DNA from: Octopus sinensis
Taxonomy: Eukaryota
Length of the DNA stretch: 64,000 bases
Assembly: GCF_006345805.1 (NCBI RefSeq)
Contig: NC_043001.1
Coordinates: forward strand, 41,106,001-41,170,000
Reading direction: 5' to 3'
Positions 53,101-64,000 of this stretch are shown here, piece by piece. The position numbers and the translations under genes are program-made. Positions within the stretch are counted from its first letter, which is position 1; each line of letters opens with the position of its first letter. Below the pieces are notes generated by a model, which was not told the DNA's origin, made no database searches, and was given only the letters and a program-made list of their open reading frames with translations.

Positions 53101-56100
53101 AACAAAGAGTTATCTCTTTTTTTACTTTTCCATTTTTTTTTTATAGATCTAAATTTACATGATTTATGTCCCATCAAATTACATAAAAAATACTGGGCAC
53201 AAAAAAAAAAAAATGTTAAAACCCTTCTCAAATTTAATCCATGCCAAAGTTGAAAAAGATAGACAGAAAAATCTGTAGCATTTCTGAAGTTAGAAGACCT
53301 TAGTGAATAGGTGATAATGCAGCATGGCCGGCATTGAAGTCAGTACAATTAAAATACCTAACAACTTCAAGATTAGTCCTGGCTGGAGTCCAACTCACTA
53401 AGCATAAAACTGCCAGAAGAATTTGAAGACAAGCTGAAGGAATTTCAGGATTTCATTAAAATATCACCTATAAATTTCACTGTCTGATAAAGTTCTATTT
53501 AGAAACGTAGAGTTTGTCAACTATTTTAGAGAAAATAAATAGTTTTCAAAAACTACATCATATACATTTATCAGTAACACAGATTGTATAATTTCCAAAA
53601 TGTTAACTTTACGCAAATGTTTATACCTATACAAGTAAAGTTCAAAAGTTACTTTCATATTTACTTTTGTTTTATTGAGAAAGCATGAAATTTCTCAATT
53701 TATCTTATATAGCAAACATAGTAAACCTGGCTAAATTCTGTTTTTACCATTATACTAAAGAAATATCATGGCATATTATTACACATAATTTTTCCAGTAT
53801 TTTATTGCCCATAATCAGTTTTGCACAGTAAACACCAGTGCATATTATACACAAATAAATACAATTCCTTTCTGCACACAAAAAGCAATGTAGGAATCCT
53901 TACCTGATTCAGTTCATTTGAAACAACACAAATGTCTTCAGGTGATAATTTTTCCTCTTCATCTGGCCAAGATTTCATCACATTTGTCACAATAGTTCGT
54001 ACTTCCTCAGCCTCCATCTTATTATAATATGACATATTTTGGGGCAAAGTTTCAGCAGTGCCTTCTACAGAGTAAAACTGCAAAGCTTTCATGTCACTTA
54101 CAGGATTTTGAACTTTTGAAGTCATCTCATGAGAAAGACCATAGAAAGAATAAGCCAAGAAATTAACAATTTCTTTACAGCTACGATAATTTTGTTTCAG
54201 CATAACGTATGGCAGGTGTTGCATCACTTTATTTTTCTGCCCCTGTTTCTTGTAGTATTCATAGAGACGTTTCACAATAGATATTGATAACAGGTCTTTT
54301 GCCGCATTAGTACTATGCACCTAAAACAAAAATGTAAATGTTGATAGCAATTTTAAGTTAATATTATAGTCATTATCATAAGCAGTTTTATTGTCTGTTT
54401 TTCATGTTAGTATAGATTTAAACCATCAGCAATACACCATGATCTTAGGTTATCTAATTTATGTGATACAATTTTACCTAAACTTGTCTTTATTATTTCT
54501 TCCTAAGTCTTCCTAAAATTAGCTCATCTTAGTTATTTTACAGAAACAACTCACAATATGTTTGCAACCAGCATGCACTGCCTCTTCATATTAAATGTTT
54601 ACTCCAAATATAGTCAGCTTTCATGGTTACTTTCTTAGCTAGCTAACAAGTAACTTCTTCATAAATAACATTAATCATCCAAAAATTACATTCAAGCCAT
54701 TTTCCCATTCACTTATGGGTTCTTGTACTGTAAATGATTCATTGCTATATATATATATTGTTCATTGCTAATATACGTCCCAAATAATCTGAGGTAGAGA
54801 ACATAGGTTAGAAATATGAGTAAGAATGATATCAATATTCATATTTTGCTTACAGCTAAAATAAGTGAAATAAACAATAGAAGAAAGTACAAAAAGTATC
54901 TGGGATATGGTAATTGTCTTTTGAATTCATATTGCAATATGTAAGGATGAGAGTGATTGCTCAAACAATAATGTCAAATATGGTAGAAACTAAAAGATGT
55001 TGCTATCTGGAATATGCAGGATAGTGAGCTAGCAGAATCACTAGCAAACTGGAAGAAATGCCTAGCAGTATTTCTTCTGGTGTGCTGAAGTTAACTTTAC
55101 CTTTCATCCTTTTGGGGGTCTATAAAATAAATACCAGTTGAGCAAAGGGATAACTGTGATCAATTGACTATCTCCTATCCTAAAATTTCTGGCCTTGTAC
55201 CATTTGAAACAATTATCTGGAATATGCCACATACAAAACTAAATCTCTTTCAATTTTGGGGGTGCAGGGAATAAGAATAATGATGATGACGACGACAACG
55301 ACAACAACAATAACAATACTAGTACTACTACTACTACTACTACTACTAATTGCTCTCTCACTCAATAATAACAATCCTTTTTAATATTAGCACAAGGCCT
55401 GAAATTTTAGGGGAGGAGATTAGTTGATTACATTGACCTCAGTGCATAACTGGTACTTATTTCATCAACCACCCCACAAAGGATGGAATGCAAAGTTCAC
55501 CTCAGCAGAATTTGAACTCAGAATGTAAGGATGGACAAAATGCTGCTAAGCATTTTGCCCAGCATGCTAACAATTCTGCTAGCTCATTGCCTTAATAAAA
55601 ATAATAATAAAACTTTGAGATGCTTATGGAATAGTCATCTATATAAATATATTGATGTGAATACATGTAAATGTGTTTCTATATTTTGGCTAGCTATGTT
55701 CTGTCCAACCTGCCTTTGCTCCTACATGAAACCCCTTCCACCACCCCATATACCACAACACTAATCAAGCATCCTCACCCTTCTATATAGAGTGATAGCG
55801 ATAGCAGCAACTAAAATAACTAGGTGACTAAAGAAAGTAGTGAAGACAAAATCAGAATCAACAACTCAAAAAATATTAATGATGACATCAGGAACAGAGC
55901 CATCAGGTCTACAGAAGGCAGTCACAACAGGACCAGAAGAGAAGAACAGGGACTGAAAAAACAGCAATAGAGGCAATGACAGCAGCAGTGCTACAGAAGA
56001 TAAGAAAATTAGTTGAATGACAAAATGTTAACTACTATGACAGTAACAACTCACAATAACAACACATATAACAGAGCTACCACCACCACCACCACCACTG

Positions 56101-59100
56101 ACAACAATGACAACAAATAATAGAAATAATAATGGTGTTAGCAATAATGGTAATGATAATAATAGGTAAACATGGTGGAAAGGAAAGTAGTAGAAATAGT
56201 GATGATAATAATAAATAAGTAAATGATAATGATTAACGTGTTGGAGTGCAACTGTCTCATGGTCAAGTTGTTGGCTTGCTTGGTGAGGAGGGTGAAGTTT
56301 GGATACCCTATGGGATGAAAAACAAAACCCAGCAAAGGACAGAGGAACTCAGGAGAGTCAATGGCCATCTAAAATGGGTAGACAGAACTCGTGAGCTTTG
56401 GTTGGTAGTCCTTCTACAAGAAATAACACTCTGCTTTAAAAACTGGTGAAGATAGGATTTCTTAGCCGACTTGGTGGCAACCTGTCAGTAGCCACTGGCT
56501 TCAACCTTGGAATGAAGGTGGTTGAACAACAAATCAGGAGCTAGCTCCTGGGTTATGGTCAGATGAGGATATAGAACTAATCAACATCATCTGTCTCCTA
56601 GTAAAAATTATGAACATGGTCCCCTGACACATATGGACAGTAAGAGCTCTGCAGACTTGGTTGATAATCTTATTAGAGATGGTGACTCAATAAAAATACT
56701 GGTTGGTGACTAATCTTAAAACACAACCCTTGATATAGAGAGAAAATGTCCACAAATATATTGAATAATGCTGTGAATTAGGCTGGAACCAACAGCGAAA
56801 GTCTTTCACTTGGCAGGTGTCCTGTGGCAATGTAGGCCTGGTCATCATCTAGAGACTGCTTATACTAAAAGTTAGAGGCAGAGAAAAAGGTGGGATAAGG
56901 AGACAAACAGTTCTATATCAGAAGTGAACCAGTAGATGGGGGTTCTGATGATATATAAAATCAAAATGTTGAGTCACTATCAGAACTAGAGGAGAAGTTT
57001 CAGGTGTGGAAACAAGGATTAGAATCGAAGGGTCTTAGAGTCAACCTAGCTAAAACCAAAGTCCTAATAAGTAGGAAGGCAAACAAAGCACAAATCCCTT
57101 CAGGTAGATGGCCCAGCTCGATCTGTAGAAAAGGCATAGGTAGAAATTCTATAAGATGTACCCTTGTAAGCTATGGACACATAAGAAGTGCAGCAATATC
57201 AAAGGAAGGCTAACTGGGAAGATAGTTTTTGTATGTGGCAGATGCTCAGGAGCAATAAACACTGAACATGTGTGTAAGCTTGCAAGGAATGAAGCCAGTA
57301 TGCTCCGATGGATGTGTAATGTCAGTGTGCATACTCAACAGAGTGTAAGTACCTTGAGAGAAAAGTTGGACCTAAGAAGCATCAGTTGTAGTGTGCAAGA
57401 GGTAGACCCAGGAAGACCTGGGATGAGGTGGTGAAGCATGACTTTCGAATAGTGACCGAGACCTTTGGAAATATGCAGTGCATGAGAAGATCTGGCAAGC
57501 CAAGTGAGACCATAACCCATGGCCTATGCCAGGTGTGTAACCAGCCCACTTATGTGTACCTTTCCTTCATTGGACACTAAACTCTGCTTGCAAAGACTTG
57601 TTGAGGTAAGTGAAATCGAAATCAAACCAAATTTGCAAATTCGATGACTGGCACCCATGCCAGTGGAGCACTAAGAGCTCCATCCGAGTGTGATCGCTGC
57701 CAGAGCAGCTGACTGGCTTCCATGCCGGTGGAATGTAAAAAGCACCATTCAAATGTGATCATTACCAGCATCGCCTTACTGGCACATGAAAAACATTTGA
57801 GCAAGGTTGTTACCAGTGCTGCTGGATTGGCTCCTGTACAGGTTGCATGTAAAAAACACCACTTGAGCGTGGCCATTGCCAGTACTGCCTGACTGGCCCT
57901 CGTGCCGGTGGCATGTAAAAGCACCCATTACACTCTTGGAGTGGCTGGCATTAGAAAGGGCATCCAGCTGTAGAAACTCTGCCAAATCAGATTGGAGCCT
58001 GGTGCAGCCATCTGGTTCACGAGTCCTCAGTCAAATCATCCAACCCATTCTAGCATGGAAAACAGACGTTAAACGATGATGATGATCATCATCATTTTCA
58101 ACAATTCTGGCTAATTTTATATTCTTCCTACTTAAACTAGCTATGATGGTACCTATATTGGGGAGAGTAGAGTATGAGATTCTGTTTTATGTGGAAAGAT
58201 TCTGTTATATCTATGGGAAGTAGGGAAGTTTTTTTCTAAAATAGCCATAAATTTTCTATAAATGGATAATGCACAGTTGTATGGGATATTGAACTAGATG
58301 AGATTCTTACCTTTAAATTTTTTGTGTAAGTAAGGGTGGGATATATTTGTACTATCCCTGCTCCCTAGAATCGTTCCATGATTAATAGTTTTGTATATAT
58401 TTCTAGTGGATCCCTTATCTGGATGAGTAACCACTTCTTTTTCATCATTGCCATTTTTATTCAACCTAAGCTTCATACTCGTTTTAGTATCCTGCCTCCT
58501 ATTGAAGCATACTCTGTTATTACTATTTAAAATGTTAGGTTTGTAGGATGGTTTATCATTTGGTATTTTTTCACAAGTAAGTTAGTAGACTTTCTATTAC
58601 TCAAACTATCATTTTTTCCTCTATTAAAAGGTGCTGAACTTTCAGGACTGAGAAACATAATTTCCTAGTCATATCCCACTTTAGACAAAGCAACGTTATA
58701 GTGGTATGAATGGGAATTAAAAATATCAATGTTTGATAATAATTTAGTAATTCTCCAAGAAATACTTTTAACTACTGATTTTAATACATTAGGTGGAGGT
58801 GATTTGATAATTTATTCACATGTCATGTAACCTCACCTTCTTTCCTAAAGGGGTAGTATAATTTAGAGTTAATGTTTAAAGTAGTATCCCAAAACTTTAC
58901 AACTTTAGTGCCATATTCATACGTAATACTTAAGTTAGTTTTTGAAGAATTTTCTACTTCTCTTTCTCATTCTTTCTATGATTGATTTATTGTTTTTGTC
59001 ATAAAATAAAATGTTACTAGTTATGGATAATACCATTATCTTACATTCCTGGAAAAATGCTTCTAGAAAATACAATCCTGATATATATACAGGGTGGGGA

Positions 59101-62100
59101 AGCAAAATTTACAATGAACGTTAAGTTGTTTTTTCTCAGCAGGCACTAGGTCAATTATTTTGAAACCTAGCATATATTGATGTCATAATCATACCTAGCA
59201 CTATTATCTGTACCTTTTCAGAAACTTTTGCCCATATGAGTAATCAGGAAAGCAAACGTCAAAGAGTGTTTGATTTACTGAATGCACTCGTCATACCAAA
59301 GGAGATTTCAAGAATAGTTAGAGTGTCCATAAAGACTGTTTATAGTGTAAATAATAGAATGACTATGAGCAAAACTATTACAAGGAAGTCTGGAAGTGGA
59401 GGAATCAACACAAAACGTACTAAAGCTTCTATTAAAGCTCTCAAATCCAAAATCTTTAAGGATCCAACCAAATCCATGAGAAAAATGGCAATTGAACTTG
59501 AGGTAGACAACAAGACCATTTGAAGTTAAAATCTTACACAAGACCACCAAAACACTTGTTGACAACAGCTATAAAGGAAAAGAGATTGGAAAGGTGCAAG
59601 AAAATTATTACATGGTTCAAGAAAAAGTCCTCCATTGTAACGATCTTTTCAGATGAAAAAATCTTCACTGCTGATGCTGTTCTGAACCACAGAAATGACA
59701 GATTTATCGCAAAATTGACAGCTGAGGTTAAGGGGACATTCAAAACAAAACATCCTGCTCAAGTTATGGCTTTTGGTGTTGTGGCTTCCGATGGAAAGAA
59801 AATGCCTATAAAATTCTACAAAACTGATGAAAAGATCAATGTTAATACTAACTACAAGACTCTGAGACACCAGTTATTGCCATGGCTTAAAGCAAACTAC
59901 CCAGATGGTATTTATGTATGGACACAGGATGGTGCTCCAGCCCACACAGCTAGAAAAATACAAGATTTCTGCAAATCCAACTTTAGCAATTTTTTGGAAT
60001 CATGTTTATGGCCGCCTTCTAGCCCAGATCTAAACTCTCTGGATTATGTTATTTGGGGCGTTTTAGAACATGCTACCAATAGAACATCACACAGCAATGT
60101 CAATTCTGTTAAAGATACTATTAAAGAAGAATGGGAGAAGTTGTCTCCTGAATATTTGAGGAACACCTGTGCAAGTTTCAGGAAGCGTGTGAAGGCAATT
60201 AATGAGAAAGAAGGAGGACACATAGAATAAAAATATTTTCTATTATGTAAATTTTCTTGTGGCAAATACATTCTCATGACTCTCAATAAACTAATTGGTC
60301 ATACACTGTCTTTCAATCCCTGCCTCAAGATATTGTAAATTTTGCTTCCCCACCCTGTATATAGAAAACATGATATATGAATTAGAAATACAGGATTAGA
60401 AATATGCTTACATAAGAGGTACTTAGCAACACACAATTTCTTTCAGATATTGGTGGCTATAATATTTATTTATGCAAAAATGCATTTAAATAATAACTAA
60501 TATGGGAGAAGAATGTAACTCAAGTCAAAATAAAATAGTAATTGAAATTTACCTCTGGTCCTAGTTGATTAGGATCTCCACATAGCACTACACATGTCTT
60601 CTCAGAAGCTAAACTCAGTGGTATCAGAACCATACTCTCAAAAACTTGTGCAGCTTCATCAACAAAAATATGACTGAAACAACCTTGAATTTCCATCGTC
60701 ATCAAATGATGACACATTTCCATAGTGGTTACTAATATCTGCATAGACTGAGGGTCAACTATATCAGATTTTAATTGATTTTTTGATGGGAAAATAACAT
60801 ATTTTTGTACCACTGGGTCAATAGTTTCCCGTCTCCTTCCTTCAAAATATAAACGTTTCAGGTAGAGTGTTTTTTTGTTTCTGGATAGGAATTTATGTAG
60901 ATGTTTGATGATAAACATATCAGCAGCACTGTTACAATAAGAAAAACAAAGGAAATCCATCTTTTTAGAATAAGCAAAATATTTTAATTGAAAGACAATC
61001 ATTTAATTTGGATGATGATGATGATAAATGTTTTCTTTATTAGATACAACTACTTAAAGTTACAATAAAATATGTTAAACAAGGCAGAAAGATGTACAGG
61101 TAGGACAAACAAGTAATATAAAGAGGAGGGAGAGTTGGTGACAGGCTACATACAATCAAGTATGAGGACAAGTTGAACATTTATAAAAATGACATGATAA
61201 TTAAAATGATATAATTTAACCCTTTAATGTTTAAACCGGCCATATCAGGCCAAAATTGTCTTCTTGTTTTATACTCAAACCAGCGAGCACTGACCTCTCA
61301 CACATGCCCTACAAAGTCATTCTAAAAATAAACAGGGGCATCATTCAAAATCTCAGTGTTACATGCTCTACAATTAATTTAAAACAATGTAATTAAACAG
61401 GCTTTACATTTGAAAGATTAATCTGAAAGCTAAAGGGTTAAATAGAAAATATAATATGGTAAACATTTTGGGCTCTTGCCTACTTATAGACGAGAAACCA
61501 CTAGCTAGGTTGGGCTAGAGCTCCCCCATCTGCTTCTACACATAAACAATAACTGTCAACTGCATGACTGAGCAGGGCTTTTCCAGCATTATGTATTGCT
61601 AGTCATTTCAGTTCTTTGCTACTTCGACTGTGAGGCTCAGGTTCTTGAAATCAGTCCTCACTACTTCTCCATATGTCCTTCTGTTGTGTTACTATCACTC
61701 AGCTGATAGTTGATCCAAGAAATTTTAACTAGCAGCTGAAAATTCATTTAAAATATATTAATGTGTTTTTCGGTAATTTGTGGTTGAAATCCCTGAAAAA
61801 TGTTTGAATGAAGTCATATATAACTATATGGTTGTTGATTCATACAATGAAATCACATGAAACAGAAGACTTGCTTATGAAAAATACCTAAAAATAAGTA
61901 ACAAACATAATTTTGAAGTTAAAAGTGAGTAAAAAAAATCTTACCCGTTTGTATGTGTACAGATAAGGATTTTTGCAGTAGAATTATTTTCCACAACTTT
62001 CGTGATTATAGATAATAGTGTTTCAGTTTTACCTGTGCCAAAAGAACCAATCATAACAAATGGAGGCCTAGCGTCTGTACATTTGCAAGGAATATGCTTT

Positions 62101-64000
62101 ACAGCATATAATTGGTCTTCATTTAGATGTGTATCACTACAAAAAGAAAAGAAATAGATGAAATCTTATCCTCATCTGTATATATAAATGAATAATAAAA
62201 TTATACAATATATGTATGGTGTGAGGTTCCTGTATAAGCCAGAGAGAAGATAATTATAATGATGGTAAAGTGGTGATGAATCTTTAGGAACAATCATGGT
62301 TGTTTATTGGACAGTTTTTTTAAAATTACAAATACAACTAAGTACAGATGTCTTCAAACATATGTATATAGACATATATAAACACACCATATGCACTTAG
62401 GTACATCAATTATACATATATTGCCATGACAAGGTGCTTGCAACACACTCACACCCTAGAAGAGGAAAGGTTCAAGAAACATCATCATCAGGGGAAATCA
62501 ACAGAAGCAAATAAGTTCATGAAAGGAGAAAAGCCAGTGAAGATGGCAAAAAAGACACATAGGTTACTATATGAATCCCAACCATGAGATATGAAAGTGG
62601 ATCTGAATGAGAGACTGCAGTTTCCTCAGGTCATCCATACAATCCTGAGGCCAGATATAGTTCTATGGCCTAGAAAGACCAAGAAAATAATCCTGATCAA
62701 GCTTACAGTTCCATGGGAAGAAGGGGTGACCAAGGCTTTGAATTGAAGCATGCCAAGTATGAGAGCCTCCTGTAGGATTGCAGGGAGAAGGGATGGCAGT
62801 CATGGCTTTTCTAAGTTGAGATTGGCTGTAGGGGATTCCTTGCCCCGTTGGTATGGAGGATGCCTATGGCCACTGGAATGAGAGGAAAAGAGCAAAGGAT
62901 GTCTGAGCACAGACTGGGTGAGGCAACAGAAGAGCCTCTTGCTGGTTATAGATCAAGAGAGAAGATTAAAGCTGGAAGCCAGGAAGAGATGATGAGCAGT
63001 GATTTGGCTACTTCTACTTATTCACCAACGGGAGGGTGTTATGGTTCAGGGTCAAAACACTTGATGACTCTTGAATACTGTCCGATGGCATCTGTTTCTC
63101 CTGGCCATAGCTTCATTCACTTTGGTGAATGGAAAAGAAGCATCTTCTTCTAGGTGTTATTATTAACACACACACATTCTCACCTGTGAGGGATCAATGT
63201 TAGATGGGTTGAAACAATTGCAGTGATTAATAAAAATTCTAGTATCTTCCATCTCTCTCATTAACCAATATATATATATATATATCTTTTACAACTGATC
63301 TTACCAATCAGTTTCATGTTAAGGATTCAATAGAGTGTTAGCTAACAGTCTGATTATGTAACACTGTGCTCATCAGAGGTAGCCATTATGAAATGAAATA
63401 TGGCAGTTGCTTTCTATTGTTGGAAGTGAATAGACATGTCCAGTTTGTCGTTGCTTTGAAAAAGATGTTGGACCATTTCCAACCCTAACCATCTTAGGGA
63501 TCGATTTGTTTGATTAAAATTCTTCAAGGTAGTGCCCCAGCATGGCTGCAGTCTAATATCTGAAATGGGTAAAAGATAAAAGATGCACACACTCATGCAC
63601 GTACGTGCATGCACACACACCCTCATATTCTCTTTGACACTGTATGTATATAAATAAAGTGAGTTATTTTATAAGTGCTGAAGATATATGGAACATATCA
63701 CTTTTCTTTTATTGGTAGAGAATTAAAAATTTCAAAACAGTTGTAGAACTTTCACATGACTAATGTTTATATCAGAAAATATTCCAAATTACGATGCTAT
63801 TTTCCCAATGAAACCATAACATTTTTTTAGCACCAATATGTGACTTATTCCATATATATAACCAAACTATTTAGGGTTAAAAAATTTAGTTATATATAAA
63901 GTATTTAATTAATTACATTGACAAAAAATGCATTTTAGATTAAAAAAAAACATACCTGTAATTGTGGTTTTCATTTTCTAAAGGAATGGTAGAAGTGCTT
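26297..64000 (-). CDS. HELZ/HELZ2-like UPF1-family SF1B RNA helicase with a second, degenerate and truncated helicase module; 5'-incomplete
   Basis: Minus-strand exons 64000-63956, 62136-61945, 60928-60553, 54320-53904, 51466-51400, 45794-44972, 42384-42293, 30818-30645, 29751-29671, 29269-28827, 26395-26297 form one phase-consistent frame (one ambiguous acceptor near 29270). Core motifs: [62 protein letters not shown]. The following VVGDPVALC...CKYIWQNFI stretch is characteristic of HELZ proteins. Confidence 0.88.
26560..28195 (+). mobile_element. Decayed, internally deleted RTE LINE with repeat-bearing 3' tail
   Basis: Homologous to 34043-35604 ([36 protein letters not shown]); about 6 tail units and (GAT)n. 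Confidence 0.85.
28827..29269 (-). CDS. Exon of degenerate second module (MSITSFSS...[28 protein letters not shown])
   Basis: Inside 153-aa ORF 28806-29267 in AT-rich DNA; ATG|gtaggt donor; [10 protein letters not shown] resembles motif Ib; acceptor is either 29274 or 29270. Confidence 0.78.
29671..29751 (-). CDS. Exon of degenerate second module ([26 protein letters not shown])
   Basis: gtttttag acceptor, gtaagg donor; only phase 1 is open; 81 nt. Confidence 0.65.
30085..30460 (-). mobile_element. tRNA-derived SINE (cccagtggttagggcagtagactc head)
   Basis: tRNA-like A box on the - strand; about 375 bp body ending ...gacggagtgccac. Confidence 0.65.
30645..30818 (-). CDS. Exon of degenerate second helicase module ([30 protein letters not shown]...[17 protein letters not shown])
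   Basis: cttttcag acceptor, gtaagt donor; only phase 1 is open; [12 protein letters not shown] resembles motif Ia. Confidence 0.78.
31507..32770 (+). mobile_element. 5'-truncated Tx1/L1-clade LINE (RT C-terminus, zf-RVT, 3' UTR)
   Basis: IFRFLWKG...KGGLEMP; [14 protein letters not shown]...CPRC...ETVLHA; one frameshift into ORF 32151-32537. Confidence 0.85.
32863..33417 (-). mobile_element. Internally deleted mariner (555 bp) with both TIRs
   Basis: TIRs ttgagttgtccggaaagttcgtgccaattt and its complement, TA flanks; [17 protein letters not shown]. Confidence 0.92.
34043..35604 (+). mobile_element. 5'-truncated RTE LINE with open RT C-terminal ORF and 3' tail
   Basis: [16 protein letters not shown], Cys-rich insert, [16 protein letters not shown]; TGA at 35262; (GAT)n tail. 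Confidence 0.95.
35605..36035 (-). mobile_element. CR1-like LINE 3' end fragment
   Basis: Reverse strand reads as decayed YKVRKQH...KTFFHTQ...[10 protein letters not shown], typical of CR1 C-termini. Confidence 0.55.
36055..38365 (+). mobile_element. 5'-truncated, inactivated RTE LINE with 3' tail
   Basis: RT motifs [23 protein letters not shown] in place of YADD; premature TAG at 37439-37441. Confidence 0.95.
38367..39155. repeat. Compound (TA)n/(TACA)n/(TG)n microsatellites around a SINE fragment
   Basis: Direct inspection; source of many spurious Y/I/M/C-rich ORFs. Confidence 0.9.
39155..42002 (+). mobile_element. Penelope-like element: two tandem 1173-bp 5'-truncated units (RT thumb plus GIY-YIG) and a 3' pLTR-like tail
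   Basis: LPVLDTELW...YYAKPMAS...LVRIMRN; GIY-YIG signature VVYSIRC...[16 protein letters not shown]; ORFs 39291-40100 and 40464-41273 differ by one residue. Confidence 0.9.
42293..42384 (-). CDS. Helicase-gene linker exon ([30 protein letters not shown])
   Basis: Pyrimidine tract plus aatatcag acceptor, gtaatt donor; 92 nt, open, converts phase 2 to phase 1 as needed. Confidence 0.7.
42651..43533 (-). mobile_element. Internally deleted, decayed mariner
   Basis: Ends tgagggagtactcaaaggaaactggaa and ttccagttacttttgggtagcccctca with TA flanks; [22 protein letters not shown]-terminus. Confidence 0.85.
44845..44968. repeat. (AAT)n/(AAC)n microsatellite just downstream of the 44972 exon donor
   Basis: Direct inspection. 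Confidence 0.95.
44972..45794 (-). CDS. Helicase exon with motif VI ([10 protein letters not shown]) and post-helicase linker
   Basis: cctgcag acceptor giving [12 protein letters not shown]; AG|gtaat donor in phase 2; contains ORF 44968-45777. Confidence 0.93.
48150..49975 (+). mobile_element. Inactivated RTE LINE fragment, sister of the 36055 copy
   Basis: Same RT motifs and shared lesions (YADN, ELEKFQ deletion, SFR-TAG stop). Confidence 0.93.
51400..51466 (-). CDS. Helicase exon ([23 protein letters not shown]), motif V
   Basis: ttttcatag acceptor, gtaagc donor; supplies the phase 0 to 1 link required by both neighbours. Confidence 0.9.
53904..54320 (-). CDS. Helicase exon ([35 protein letters not shown])
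   Basis: gttttag acceptor, gtaagg donor, phase 0/0; inside ORF 53802-54320. Confidence 0.95.
56968..58085 (+). mobile_element. Multiply deleted RTE LINE 3' portion with about 5 tail units and (GAT)n
   Basis: [14 protein letters not shown], Cys-rich insert, tail homologous to 10160-10620. Confidence 0.85.
59090..60357 (+). mobile_element. maT-family (DD37D) Tc1/mariner transposon, near-intact
   Basis: Perfect 26-bp TIRs cagggtggggaagcaaaatttacaat, TA flanks; FSDEK, QDG, 37 residues, LD; one frameshift near 59520. Confidence 0.95.
60553..60928 (-). CDS. Helicase exon with Walker B (HIFVDEAAQ) and motif III (GDPNQLGP)
   Basis: gtaacag acceptor, gtaaat donor, phase 2/0; inside ORF 60520-61002. 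Confidence 0.95.
61220..61437. mobile_element. TTAA-flanked MITE with CCCTTT...AAAGGG ends (piggyBac-type termini)
   Basis: ttaa-ccctttaatg ... gctaaaggg-ttaa. Confidence 0.7.
61945..62136 (-). CDS. Helicase exon with Q motif, Walker A (GSFGTGKT) and motif Ia start
   Basis: ctttttgtag acceptor, gtaag donor; [63 protein letters not shown]. Confidence 0.95.
62560..62960 (+). mobile_element. Decayed restriction-like endonuclease end of an RLE non-LTR element (HERO/NeSL/R2-type)
   Basis: Broken frames give LRPDIVLW...[10 protein letters not shown]...KHAKY..L...GW...VEIGCRGF. Confidence 0.7.
63956..64000 (-). CDS. Helicase exon, partial ([14 protein letters not shown])
   Basis: Open frame ending AG|gtatg in phase 2, matching the next exon; no motif support. 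Confidence 0.6.

Overview
AT-rich, microsatellite- and transposon-dense animal DNA. The repeat families look like those of Octopus or another coleoid cephalopod; this is an inference from recognition, not a database hit. Two spliced genes, largely missed by the ORF track, face each other tail-to-tail. (1) + strand, 65-23861: the last 14 coding exons (494 aa plus stop) of SEL1L/HRD3, the ERAD adaptor, with all GT-AG junctions in consistent phase and a likely poly(A) signal at 23933. (2) - strand, from beyond 64000 down to 26297: at least 11 exons (about 935 aa visible) of a HELZ/HELZ2-family UPF1-like SF1B RNA helicase. It has one complete helicase core, then a linker, then a second, catalytically degenerate helicase half-domain that stops at motif III. 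No RNB domain is visible. Introns hold RTE LINEs and their repeat-bearing 3' tails, several tRNA-derived SINE families, five Tc1/mariner elements, a tandemly duplicated Penelope-like element, Tx1/L1, CR1 and RLE-type LINE fragments, TTAA-flanked MITEs and two long fold-back structures. The best leads are the active-plus-dead helicase architecture and a palindromic tRNA-SINE pair carrying a hammerhead-like core. Gene exon coordinates were read base by base; most repeat boundaries are approximate.
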